This document shows, in pieces, positions 9,094 to 17,722 of a stretch of DNA of 32,000 nt. Each line of letters begins with the position of its first letter. Positions within the stretch are counted from its first letter, which is position 1. A program made the translations under genes and the position numbers. The notes beneath the pieces are model-generated. The model ran no database searches. It was not told where the DNA came from and worked only from the letters and a program-made list of their open reading frames with translations. This DNA is from Promethearchaeota archaeon (GTDB lineage: Archaea; Asgardarchaeota; Lokiarchaeia; Sigyniarchaeales; Promethearchaeaceae), in the NCBI GenBank assembly GCA_016933055.1, contig JAFGBS010000004.1, positions 60,001-92,000 on the forward strand, given 5' to 3'.

Positions 9094-9125
9094 ATCCTCT
9101 AATCCAACTATCGCAAAATTTTTAA

Positions 9126-9133
9126 TTTATATT
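9126..9133 (+). promoter_or_regulatory. Candidate TATA box for the rpl15e operon
   Basis: TTTATATT about 30 nt upstream of ATG 9162; GGTGA Shine-Dalgarno-like motif just before the start. Confidence 0.45.
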
Positions 9134-9161
9134 ATATACATCTTCACAGCTGGTGACTTAA

Positions 9162-9749
9162 ATGACAAAGAGTGCGTACAGATATATCAGTGAAACCTTT
9201 CAAAATCAGGAGAAAAAATACCCTTCACCGAACTGGCAACTGTTAATCCAATTACGAAATTCACCCTCCGTGCATAGAATCGCCAAACCCTCAAATATTG
9301 CTCGTGCACGATCTCTGGGGTATAAAGCGAAACAAGGATATGTTATAGTTCGCTCAAAAATACGGAAAGGTTCAGCCAGAAAAATTCGCCCAAAAATGGG
9401 TCGAAAACCTGGAAATTTAGGTGTCAGAAAAATAACTACGAAAAAAAATCTTCAAAGAATAGCTGAAGAACGAGCTGCAAAACGATTTCCAAATCTTGTC
9501 ACCCTAAACTCTTACTATTTGATTGAAGATGGTCGACATAAATGGTTTGAGGTCATTTTAGTGGACCCCAATCATCCAAGAATTATTGAAGACCCTAAGA
9601 TCAATTGGATTACACATTCTAAAAACAAAAGACGGGCATTTCGAGGATTAACCTCTGCTGGAAAACGAGGAAGAGGATTACGTAAAAAAGGAATCGGTGC
9701 AGAAAAAATACGACCGTCTCTAAAAGCAAACCGAAACCGTGGAAAATAA
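9162..9749 (+). CDS. rpl15e: 50S ribosomal protein L15e
   Basis: ARSLGYKAKQGYVIVR, IAEERAAKRFPNLVTLNSYY, KWFEVILVDPNHP, RAFRGLTSAGKRGRGL. Confidence 0.98.
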   Translation: MTKSAYRYISETFQNQEKKYPSPNWQLLIQLRNSPSVHRIAKPSNIARARSLGYKAKQGYVIVRSKIRKGSARKIRPKMGRKPGNLGVRKITTKKNLQRIAEERAAKRFPNLVTLNSYYLIEDGRHKWFEVILVDPNHPRIIEDPKINWITHSKNKRRAFRGLTSAGKRGRGLRKKGIGAEKIRPSLKANRNRGK

Positions 9750-10224
9750 TTGGTTACATACTATGGAAATCAGATTGGTTGAAATAAATGCAAATTCAAA
9801 TGCAACTGAATCCGTTACTAAAGTAAAAGACTGTATTTTCTTTTTCTTACCTCCTGAAGAATACAACAGAATAGAAACTGAAAAATTGACAGGAGGTTAC
9901 GGAAATATAATCACTACATTGAAATATAGTTCTCGAGATCCCGCTCTGATCAACCATATCCTTAAACAACTTATTTCTCATTTAGTTCCATCCGATAAAT
10001 ACGAAATCGGAGAAACTCTTGAAAACCGATTAAGTTCTAAAGGAGTATTATTCTTACGAATTTCTAAAAGAAGTTTATCACAAAATAAGATCATTTTAAC
10101 CAAACAATCCGATTCTATTCGTGTGCAATTTAGGATTTCAAACAACCATCATAAACTAGATCCACTCAAAAATATACACGAACTGAAAGATTTTTTAAGT
10201 GGATTAGGACTAATAGAGAGATAG
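9739..10224 (+). CDS. RNA-binding protein, COG1325/DUF54 type (predicted exosome-associated)
   Basis: ATESVTKV…GGYGNII…LFLRISK pattern; conserved position between rpl15e and rpp30. Confidence 0.7.
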   Translation: MENNWLHTMEIRLVEINANSNATESVTKVKDCIFFFLPPEEYNRIETEKLTGGYGNIITTLKYSSRDPALINHILKQLISHLVPSDKYEIGETLENRLSSKGVLFLRISKRSLSQNKIILTKQSDSIRVQFRISNNHHKLDPLKNIHELKDFLSGLGLIER

Positions 10225-10231
10225 GTCAAGT

Positions 10232-10954
10232 ATGTATACCAATACAGCTGTGATGTGTGAACACCTTCCTAAAATCGAACAAAATAAGAAATTAAACTTA
10301 TACCACCTAGTAGGATATCAAGCATTATTTATTTTGCTGGATTATTCTCCTGGGAAAAATTACGATGCGGTCATTCAAGAGTTATGTGATATCACACCGC
10401 AAAAATTATACGGAAAAATCCTATTACATCCAAAAAATATTAAAGAATTAAGATCACAATTGAAATCTTTAGATAAGATTAAAGATTTTTTTATTTCCGT
10501 TCAAAGTGTTGAAAAGGATGTTCTTTCATACGCTATTAAAGATTCAAGGGTGGATCTCATCACTTGCCCTCATATTATCCAACTCAAATCGATTACACCG
10601 GGAATTGTTAGTTTGGTAAAAACAAATCAGAAATTCATCGAAATCAGCTTAATCGATGCACTATTTTCTAAATCTGGCGAAAGATCTCGTTTGTTTCACG
10701 AAGTAGCAAGATTCTTGGATACCGTACGTAATAATCTACATGTGGTACTTTGCGGTGGATTTGAACAATCGTTAAATGAGATACGCGGCCCTCGTGAGAT
10801 CGCATCAATATTTACAGCTATTTTTGATGTCTCAACACCTATGAGTAAATCAATTGTCCAATCGAACCCACAACGTATAATTGCAAAATTATGTGAAAGA
10901 AAGGATAATAATTGTATCCAATCGGGAGTTAAAACCCAACCATACACAACGTAG
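10232..10954 (+). CDS. rnp3: RNase P protein subunit Rpp30
   Basis: SRVDLITCP, KFIEISL, EIRGPREIASI motifs; about 240 aa; context immediately before Pop5. Confidence 0.8.
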   Translation: MYTNTAVMCEHLPKIEQNKKLNLYHLVGYQALFILLDYSPGKNYDAVIQELCDITPQKLYGKILLHPKNIKELRSQLKSLDKIKDFFISVQSVEKDVLSYAIKDSRVDLITCPHIIQLKSITPGIVSLVKTNQKFIEISLIDALFSKSGERSRLFHEVARFLDTVRNNLHVVLCGGFEQSLNEIRGPREIASIFTAIFDVSTPMSKSIVQSNPQRIIAKLCERKDNNCIQSGVKTQPYTT

Positions 10955-10965
10955 GAGCAACCAAC

Positions 10966-11328
10966 GTGCATCTACAGAGACAAAGATATATTTTATTTGA
11001 ATTTATTACATTCAATTCAGATTTACATATAAATGAAAAGGACGTCATTCGCACTATCTGGACGACATTATTGACATTATTTGGAGAGTACCAAGCATAT
11101 AAAACTGGATTATGGATGATTGAATTCAATCCCTTGGAACAGTATGGAATTATTCGATGTAACAATATTACCAAGGATAAAATTATAGCAACTCTAGCCT
11201 TCATTCACAAAGTGAAAAGTTATCCTATCATCTTTCACTCTATCAAAACTGCAGGAACAATAAAAAAAATAAAACAAACTCAAAAGGAATTTTTCGCTAC
11301 TCATCGAAAAACTCCCATACGGATGTGA
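10966..11328 (+). CDS. rnp2: RNase P protein subunit Pop5/Rpp14
   Basis: RQRYILFEF N-terminus, LFGE, GIIRC, TAGTIKK; GTG start. Confidence 0.88.
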   Translation: MHLQRQRYILFEFITFNSDLHINEKDVIRTIWTTLLTLFGEYQAYKTGLWMIEFNPLEQYGIIRCNNITKDKIIATLAFIHKVKSYPIIFHSIKTAGTIKKIKQTQKEFFATHRKTPIRM

Positions 11329-11332
11329 TATA

Positions 11333-11782
11333 GTGATTTCCTTAACAAGCGCTTTTGTAATTCGAAGATCTCAACTATCACCGATACTAATGAATGATCA
11401 AGGTCTTGTATCTCAATTCGATAAACCTTTTTTCCTTCTAATTTATTCGACAATTTCACGGCTCACCAAGCTATCTATTTATCCCTTAGAAGAACACCAA
11501 CTGCCAGTAAAAAAATATCTAATACAAGGCTCCCAAATCACTCAAGATACCGTTCGCACGATTTTATTTATATTAAATAAAGTAGTTTCAACAGTTCTTC
11601 ATACCTCTGGAATATTAATAGAAAATCAAGAATACTATTATGAACTCTATTTAACGAATTTACATCAAGAGACCTCAAATTCTCTTAAAAATGAAATATT
11701 GGCTGTACCCGGAATTGATTTTCTAAAAGCTACCGAGATCTTGTTGCATGACGAATCACATCACGCATTATCAGAAAACTAA
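11333..11782 (+). CDS. Hypothetical protein, possible C-terminal ACT-like domain
   Basis: In operon with pop5 (4-nt gap); C-terminal beta-alpha-beta-beta-alpha-beta-like pattern (…VLHTSG…YYELYL…EILAVPGI). Confidence 0.55.
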   Translation: MISLTSAFVIRRSQLSPILMNDQGLVSQFDKPFFLLIYSTISRLTKLSIYPLEEHQLPVKKYLIQGSQITQDTVRTILFILNKVVSTVLHTSGILIENQEYYYELYLTNLHQETSNSLKNEILAVPGIDFLKATEILLHDESHHALSEN

Positions 11783-11808
11783 AAATTTCATTCATCTTTA
11801 TTGTTTAT

Positions 11809-12144
11809 ATGGACGCAGAAAAAACGAAAGAAACTGCATGGACAATTCATATTGGTGAGACAAACCAAAAAATCAAAATTCGATACAAAGAGAATAAAGG
11901 AGTCATTCATTCCATTCTTTTTGGAATTGCGGATGGTGCTAATTCCATTTCTTTGCAAATGTCACCTATTGAATTCCATAAAATATATTTAATATTAAAA
12001 GCGTTTCGAGACTTAATTGAATCCTCTGGGGATTTGGAAATGAATCCTCCCTATTCAGATCCACAAACCACAAAAATTTCCCTCAATAAAGAGGAATTAA
12101 TTAAATCTCAAGATTCACCCATGGATGAGTGGGAACCTTGGTGA
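11809..12144 (+). CDS. Hypothetical protein with acidic/aromatic C-terminal tail
   Basis: Co-oriented, 26-nt gap; beta-rich N-terminus then helix; ends DSPMDEWEPW. Confidence 0.65.
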   Translation: MDAEKTKETAWTIHIGETNQKIKIRYKENKGVIHSILFGIADGANSISLQMSPIEFHKIYLILKAFRDLIESSGDLEMNPPYSDPQTTKISLNKEELIKSQDSPMDEWEPW

Positions 12145-12245
12145 AAATATTAAACCTAAACTCCCCCAGAAATCATCCCTAGAATCATAAAAAATTTAAA
12201 TATTGGCATTTAAGAGACACTATAGCATAAGATTAGGTGTAACGT

Positions 12246-12422
12246 ATGGGTTTATACACAAAAATAGAAGAAAGACTTCCAGATCAATTTTCCATTCTGC
12301 AAGTAATGAAACTCCTTCAGATGGACGAAACAGATTTTTCTGAATGCAGGAATATTTTGAAACAATGGCACCAACAAGGATTGATAAAAAGAATATCTAA
12401 AAACATGTATAAAAAAGCGTAA
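12246..12422 (+). CDS. Small winged-helix-like protein, 58 aa (not in ORF track)
   Basis: My translation: MGLYTKIEERLPDQFSILQVMKLLQMDETDFSECRNILKQWHQQGLIKRISKNMYKKA*; HTH followed by the typical wing GLIKRISKNMY. Confidence 0.7.
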   Translation: MGLYTKIEERLPDQFSILQVMKLLQMDETDFSECRNILKQWHQQGLIKRISKNMYKKA

Positions 12423-12457
12423 AGGTATTAGGATTTTAAAAATCCCACTGAAAATAT

Positions 12458-13681
12458 GTGGGTATGATGAAAAAAGCGTCTTCCCGTCATAAGGTGCTTG
12501 ATTTTTCAATATCTGATGATCTAATTATCTATCCGGCGTTTTATTCTAGTAGTCCAACTTGTGATTCTAAACAAAATATTGGAATTCTTATCTCCGACTT
12601 AAGAGGCAAAACTGGTATGATTGAATTATTAAATCAATTATATCGCTACTCTCTCATTGATTCTTTTTCAATACAATTCGAAGTTACGGACATGATCCGA
12701 CCATACCTCTTTTTAAAAATACACGGTATAGGATCCAATGAGTTAAAATTCCGTTATATCAACTTGAAAAAGCGATTGGAAACTGTAGGAAATTTACATT
12801 TTCTTAAAAATCTTCATCTACAATCTAAATATCTTTCTGTACTCGGTATCAACGAGCAAAAACAAATTCACACCATGAGTATCTTACGAGAAAAACAGAG
12901 TTATTATATATGCTCTCCAGAATGTGGCAAGAAGTACTTTTTCTTAAGTGAAATTGATTTTTCTTGGTTGTCTGAGAATTATATACGGATAAGAACAATT
13001 ACTGAACTACTTCATGCAAAAAACTTACAAAGTTCTCTAGTTTTATATTCGAAAAATCTGGGAAATTCTTCAGAAAGTAGTTATTATGTATTCGCTACTC
13101 CAAATCATCTCTTTACTTTCTCCCAAAACCTGACTGTGATATTATCACAATGTGGTTATTCACTTAAGATAAGAAATTGTTTTCATCCATATTATCTAGG
13201 CAGAGTACTTACTAGGGGTTCCTTACACAAGAAATATCTACAACAAACCAAGAGTCCCCCCGTCCTTAATATGGATTTAGGATTGGTCTTACCAAATAAT
13301 TTTTCATTCCAAGATACACATTCCTCAAATATGGAGACCAAGCACATGGATCCAGGAGATACAATAGAAGATATTTTATCGCATGTCCCTTATGAAAAAA
13401 AATCTGAAGGATTTTATCTCCTATTCGGTGGGGATATTATATTTTTCACGATAAAAACCCTAAATACAAGCACGGTTCAATTTATAACCAATCAGCTCAC
13501 TCAATCATTTCATATATGCATTTTATTTTTTCACAATAAAGTTGATTACGAAAAGTTCTTAAAAAAAGTTAAAAAATCAGATTTGCAAAAATGTGAGGTG
13601 ATAAATAGTCCTTCAGATCTCAAGGAACTCATCAAAGGATTATCATTAAAGTATTCTTTACAAAAGGGTGAAGGATCTTAG
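12458..13681 (+). CDS. Hypothetical protein (407 aa)
   Basis: Long ORF filling the gap up to rpl23; no recognisable motif. Confidence 0.7.
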   Translation: MGMMKKASSRHKVLDFSISDDLIIYPAFYSSSPTCDSKQNIGILISDLRGKTGMIELLNQLYRYSLIDSFSIQFEVTDMIRPYLFLKIHGIGSNELKFRYINLKKRLETVGNLHFLKNLHLQSKYLSVLGINEQKQIHTMSILREKQSYYICSPECGKKYFFLSEIDFSWLSENYIRIRTITELLHAKNLQSSLVLYSKNLGNSSESSYYVFATPNHLFTFSQNLTVILSQCGYSLKIRNCFHPYYLGRVLTRGSLHKKYLQQTKSPPVLNMDLGLVLPNNFSFQDTHSSNMETKHMDPGDTIEDILSHVPYEKKSEGFYLLFGGDIIFFTIKTLNTSTVQFITNQLTQSFHICILFFHNKVDYEKFLKKVKKSDLQKCEVINSPSDLKELIKGLSLKYSLQKGEGS

Positions 13682-13950
13682 AAGATCCCTAATTTAATTG
13701 CTAGCTCTGCAGCGGAATCACTGGGATGCAATTTAATAAATGCTTTTTTCAAACCCTTTGGCGTAATCATGGTATTTATTTTAATAACCTTGACATTATA
13801 GATTCGTTCAACAGCCTCTCGAATTTGATGCTTATTAGCATTTCTCTCTACAATGAATACTATTTTATTATTTTCATCAATTAGATCAAAGGTACTTTCA
13901 GTCACAACGGGTTGTTTCAAAATTTTATAAAAATTTTCCATATTAATCAT
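13678..13950 (-). CDS. rpl23: 50S ribosomal protein L23
   Basis: PVVTE…NNKIVFIVERNANKHQIREAVERIYNVKVIKINT…KKAFIKL. Confidence 0.97.
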   Translation of the reverse strand: MINMENFYKILKQPVVTESTFDLIDENNKIVFIVERNANKHQIREAVERIYNVKVIKINTMITPKGLKKAFIKLHPSDSAAELAIKLGIF

Positions 13951-13954
13951 TCCT

Positions 13955-14731
13955 CTAAAAATTATTTAATTGTTTAAACGCAGAATGGGACCATAAAGTG
14001 AGTCTCCCTGGTAATGCACCTGGAGCTAAATCTCGACAATTTAATTTAGAAACTTCTACGATATCTACTCCCGGTATGTTTCGAGTTGCTTGAAATATCC
14101 CAAAATTATCTTTGACTACAACTAATAAGCTCTTTCTCTTCTTATATTTGCGACCTCTTCTCTTCCCTTTTCCTGATCGTATTTTCACACTGGATTTCAC
14201 TCGTTCAATATCATCGGATAAACCCAATTTATTAAACACTTTTAAGATTTCACTAGTTGTCTTTATAGTTTGTATTTTATCATCTACCACCAGAGGGATA
14301 CTGGGAACTTTTTCAATTTTGTGTCCTCGCTGAACAACAACATCCTTCATAGAGGAAGCAACAATTGCGTTTAATAAACCAAGTTTCTTTTCTTTTCTGT
14401 TGATACTTTTAGGGATTTTTTTTTCGGATGTGGGGGGCCATGCAAGGCGACCTCCAACAGTGCGGGGTATAAACGCAGCATTTCTTGCCCCTGGATAACC
14501 AGACCCTTTCTTTCTCGGTATACGTGCTGCAGCATAACCTGAACCCCATGATTTCGCTGTATTTCTCGTACCTGCAAGGGGATCTCGACCTTGGGGCTGT
14601 TTCTCTGAAGTTTCAATTGCGGATACGACTCGTGAAATGATATCTTTCCTTGGATTCATGGAAAAAAAAGTCGGAGATCGAATAGATTGCTTTACTTCTC
14701 CATCTAATCCATATACATTAATGTTTGCCAT
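13955..14731 (-). CDS. rpl4: 50S ribosomal protein L4
   Basis: QPQGRDPLAG, AKSWGSG, TVGGRLAWPP, RSGKGKRRGR, RNIPGVD, LAPGALPGRLTLWS. Confidence 0.97.
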   Translation of the reverse strand: MANINVYGLDGEVKQSIRSPTFFSMNPRKDIISRVVSAIETSEKQPQGRDPLAGTRNTAKSWGSGYAAARIPRKKGSGYPGARNAAFIPRTVGGRLAWPPTSEKKIPKSINRKEKKLGLLNAIVASSMKDVVVQRGHKIEKVPSIPLVVDDKIQTIKTTSEILKVFNKLGLSDDIERVKSSVKIRSGKGKRRGRKYKKRKSLLVVVKDNFGIFQATRNIPGVDIVEVSKLNCRDLAPGALPGRLTLWSHSAFKQLNNF

Positions 14732-14733
14732 TT

Positions 14734-15756
14734 TTACTTACCTTGCTGTGTCTGTCTACTAATATAAGTAATTGTTGGAGCAACAACCTCAAAATTCTTT
14801 TTCGGTCGCATTGATTTTCTGATTCGTATTAGTCTCTTTTTTGGACCTGGAACCGACCCCAATACAGCTATAAAATCGCCTTTAACTAAACCATAATGTA
14901 AAAATCCACCTTTGGGATTGATCTCATCCCCAGTTTCGCTAATTTTCACTATTCGTTTATTATATTCCGTACGTTGATGAAAACCCATTTGTCCAGCTCG
15001 TGGAACCGTATACATAACTCGACTGGGGTGCCATGGACCAATACATCCAACACCTCGTTTGGTCCCTCGTGTTTTGCGCGGAAGTAGTTTGATTCCAAAT
15101 TTCTTCACCGGTCCTTGAAATCCTTTTCCTTTCGAAACTCCAATTGCATCTATTAATTCTCCTTCTGAAAATACATCCCTCACACGAATATCTTTACCTA
15201 AATGTTCCAAAGCAAACTTAAATTGCTTATCTGGAGTTGATCCTCCAGAGACCATTATTTCAATAATGTCCGGTTTGATTCGAGGAACACTTGCTTTGTA
15301 AGGTTGAGTATGAAAAAGTCCACGTATGATCGAATTTGAATCAATGATTTTTTCCAATTCTTGTTTTTTCTGGTCAAAATCGTAAGATTCTGGATTAGGA
15401 AGAGATATTTTTCGTGCTAATTCCTTATTTAATTTAGTATTTAGTAATTCCCCTTTACACTTTAATCCATACTCGGATTTTTCATAGACTTTAACACCAA
15501 ATAATACTAAAGGGGGTGTTTCAATTATCGTTACGGGTTTCATTAATTCCTTACCGAAAAACGGATTAGTTTTTTGATCTTCAATATAGGCGATATGTGT
15601 CATTCCTGATTTAAAGCCAGCAAAACCCAAAAATAAGGGATTTTTATCCTCAACTTCTAACCAATTTCTAACTCGTCCCTTGATATGGTTTGCTCGTTTT
15701 CTTGGCATATATCTAAGAGATCCATGTCTAGGTGCATTTTGCTTTCTGTGTCCCAT
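14734..15756 (-). CDS. rpl3: 50S ribosomal protein L3
   Basis: APRHGSL…PRKRA, GFKSGMTH, KGKGFQGPVKKFG, GCIGPWHPSRV, RAGQMGFHQRTEYNKRI. Confidence 0.98.
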   Translation of the reverse strand: MGHRKQNAPRHGSLRYMPRKRANHIKGRVRNWLEVEDKNPLFLGFAGFKSGMTHIAYIEDQKTNPFFGKELMKPVTIIETPPLVLFGVKVYEKSEYGLKCKGELLNTKLNKELARKISLPNPESYDFDQKKQELEKIIDSNSIIRGLFHTQPYKASVPRIKPDIIEIMVSGGSTPDKQFKFALEHLGKDIRVRDVFSEGELIDAIGVSKGKGFQGPVKKFGIKLLPRKTRGTKRGVGCIGPWHPSRVMYTVPRAGQMGFHQRTEYNKRIVKISETGDEINPKGGFLHYGLVKGDFIAVLGSVPGPKKRLIRIRKSMRPKKNFEVVAPTITYISRQTQQGK

Positions 15757-15825
15757 TTCACATCACCGGTCGTCTCAGTAAAATGTAGAATATTGCATTA
15801 ATAAAAAAATTTATGCTTTCATCGT

Positions 15826-16524
15826 TTACACTATTATTTTTTGGGTTTGAGTTCGCGTGAATCGTGGTTTTATGATAAAACACAAGCCCATTAAGACCCA
15901 AATCATAACTTCAACCCATTCACTAACAATCAAATTAATGTCACGGGCTATAGAAGTAGAAATGAGCAAGGGGCGTAAAATTTGCATAATCAGATAGAAT
16001 ATTTGGGAAATTGCCATAAGAAGTGAATTAAATTGGGGAAGTCTTCGGTGTTTATGCAAATTGAAAAAAGTAATAATAGACAGTATTATAACTGGTAATA
16101 GCATTATTACGAGGAGAGCTTGTAAGAATACATAACTCGGCGCAAAAGTTACCAGAAGTAATGAAGTAATTATAAAAACAGCATTAAATAAAATCTGTTT
16201 CTTAATACTTTTATATAGCCAAACAAACACCAGAAGGCTGAACAATGGAACAATATTTGCAATCATTAAAATCCATCTTAATTTCAAGATATTAAGATAA
16301 GAAGGCTCCGAAATTACTCCAACAGAACCCATCTCGAGTGCAAAAAAGATATCGAATATCTTTGCACAAGAAAGAAAGAAAAATTGTAATCCAAATAGAA
16401 ATTTGAAATCTCTAATGCTCTTTTTATCGGACTTAAACCATTGAACAAACAACATAACAGAAAATCCTAACACAATAAGAGATCGAAAACCCATAATGAT
16501 TACAACTTGTTGAACTAAATTCAT
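15826..16524 (-). CDS. Seven-transmembrane membrane protein of unknown function
   Basis: Seven hydrophobic segments of about 20 aa by eye; no retinal-binding Lys in helix 7. Confidence 0.7.
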   Translation of the reverse strand: MNLVQQVVIIMGFRSLIVLGFSVMLFVQWFKSDKKSIRDFKFLFGLQFFFLSCAKIFDIFFALEMGSVGVISEPSYLNILKLRWILMIANIVPLFSLLVFVWLYKSIKKQILFNAVFIITSLLLVTFAPSYVFLQALLVIMLLPVIILSIITFFNLHKHRRLPQFNSLLMAISQIFYLIMQILRPLLISTSIARDINLIVSEWVEVMIWVLMGLCFIIKPRFTRTQTQKIIV

Positions 16525-16717
16525 TTCTATTTTCGCCTTTTCACTATCACTGTATAATAATTTATTTAAGACCCACGGAACATCGATCTCGCCTATCGCA
16601 CTAGTTTTCGCATATGTTCATTATCCCCCCTCTTATAGATTATGCTCTCCAATAGAATCGCTGTTTTTTTGAACTGAATCTATTTACAGAAAATCCACAT
16701 AAATCAGCAACCACCTT

Positions 16718-17722
16718 TTGGAAATGAAAATGAACTCCCAAGTATGTCCTGAATGTGGATGCCCAATAGTATCGAATGGATATCAATGTATTTGCAGTGA
16801 ATGTGGACTGGTAACTCAAGAAAATTATTATCGATCAAGTTATCAGCTTTTTGAATTAAATTCATGCCATTTTAACCAAGGAAGACAATATGTCTCTGTA
16901 GGAAAGACTCTTGAGACCGTAGGCACGTTAGGGTCTTATATAGATTATGTAGATAGAAAAACAAATTTTATGGACATTAACGGAAATCCTGTGGCCACTA
17001 ATCTACAAGTGTTATACACACGATTAAAATCCAAGTATTCAAAATTTGCACGGGTAAAAAACCAAGAAACTAATTATCGAATAATGAATATCCTATCGGA
17101 TGTTATTCAGATTTTGCACTTAAATCAAATTGTTAGAAAAGATGCTGCCTATTATTTTCGAAAAATTAAATCGCTAAATAAAGTGATCCGAAATAATATT
17201 TCCTTGATTGCATTTTGTATATTTTTTGCTGTGCGAAATCAATATCATAATGCTCCTATTACAATTAATGATATTGCTGACACATTTCAACAATTAGGTC
17301 ACCGAGTCAATCCACGATTGATTCTTAGGGATGGAATTATATATAGAAAAATCTTACACAAACCTCAACCGCATAAGAGTGAGGATTATGTAAACCGACT
17401 AATAGAATGCGTGGTGAATTCCCCTGAAATCATTCAAAGGTTAAAAAAGAAAATCCCTCATATGTCTGTACAACGTTACCGATTAAATCTCTATAATCAA
17501 ACTATGGCGTTACTTAAAGAAATTACCATTTATCAAAGAGGAGGAAGAAATCCATTCATTTTTGCAGGTGCTTCAATTTATTGTGCCGATAAAATACTAG
17601 CGTCAAAATTGTGTTCTAAAAGTGTACTAACACAGAAATTAGCATCTAAAGCTATGAATATTGCTGAATACTCTATTAGAGATCACTATGTATCAGTGTT
17701 CAAAAGGTATTGCATCTACTAG
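16718..17722 (+). CDS. Divergent TFIIB/TFB paralogue
   Basis: Zn ribbon CPECG…CSECGLV; cyclin-fold repeats (…VRKDAAYYFRKI; GRNPFIFAGASIYCA); terminal HTH LTQKLASKAMNIAEYSIR; start may be ATG 16724 or 16730. Confidence 0.85.
   Translation: MEMKMNSQVCPECGCPIVSNGYQCICSECGLVTQENYYRSSYQLFELNSCHFNQGRQYVSVGKTLETVGTLGSYIDYVDRKTNFMDINGNPVATNLQVLYTRLKSKYSKFARVKNQETNYRIMNILSDVIQILHLNQIVRKDAAYYFRKIKSLNKVIRNNISLIAFCIFFAVRNQYHNAPITINDIADTFQQLGHRVNPRLILRDGIIYRKILHKPQPHKSEDYVNRLIECVVNSPEIIQRLKKKIPHMSVQRYRLNLYNQTMALLKEITIYQRGGRNPFIFAGASIYCADKILASKLCSKSVLTQKLASKAMNIAEYSIRDHYVSVFKRYCIY

Noticed and set aside
10696-14616. Short ORFs 10696-10971, 10929-11204, 11801-11992, 12252-12509, 14112-14333, 14371-14616
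   Set aside because: They overlap well-supported genes in other frames or strands; 12252-12509 is antisense to the better 58-aa wHTH ORF.
15826-16524. Rhodopsin or heliorhodopsin call for the 7TM protein
   Set aside because: No Lys in helix 7 and no rhodopsin counter-ion motifs.
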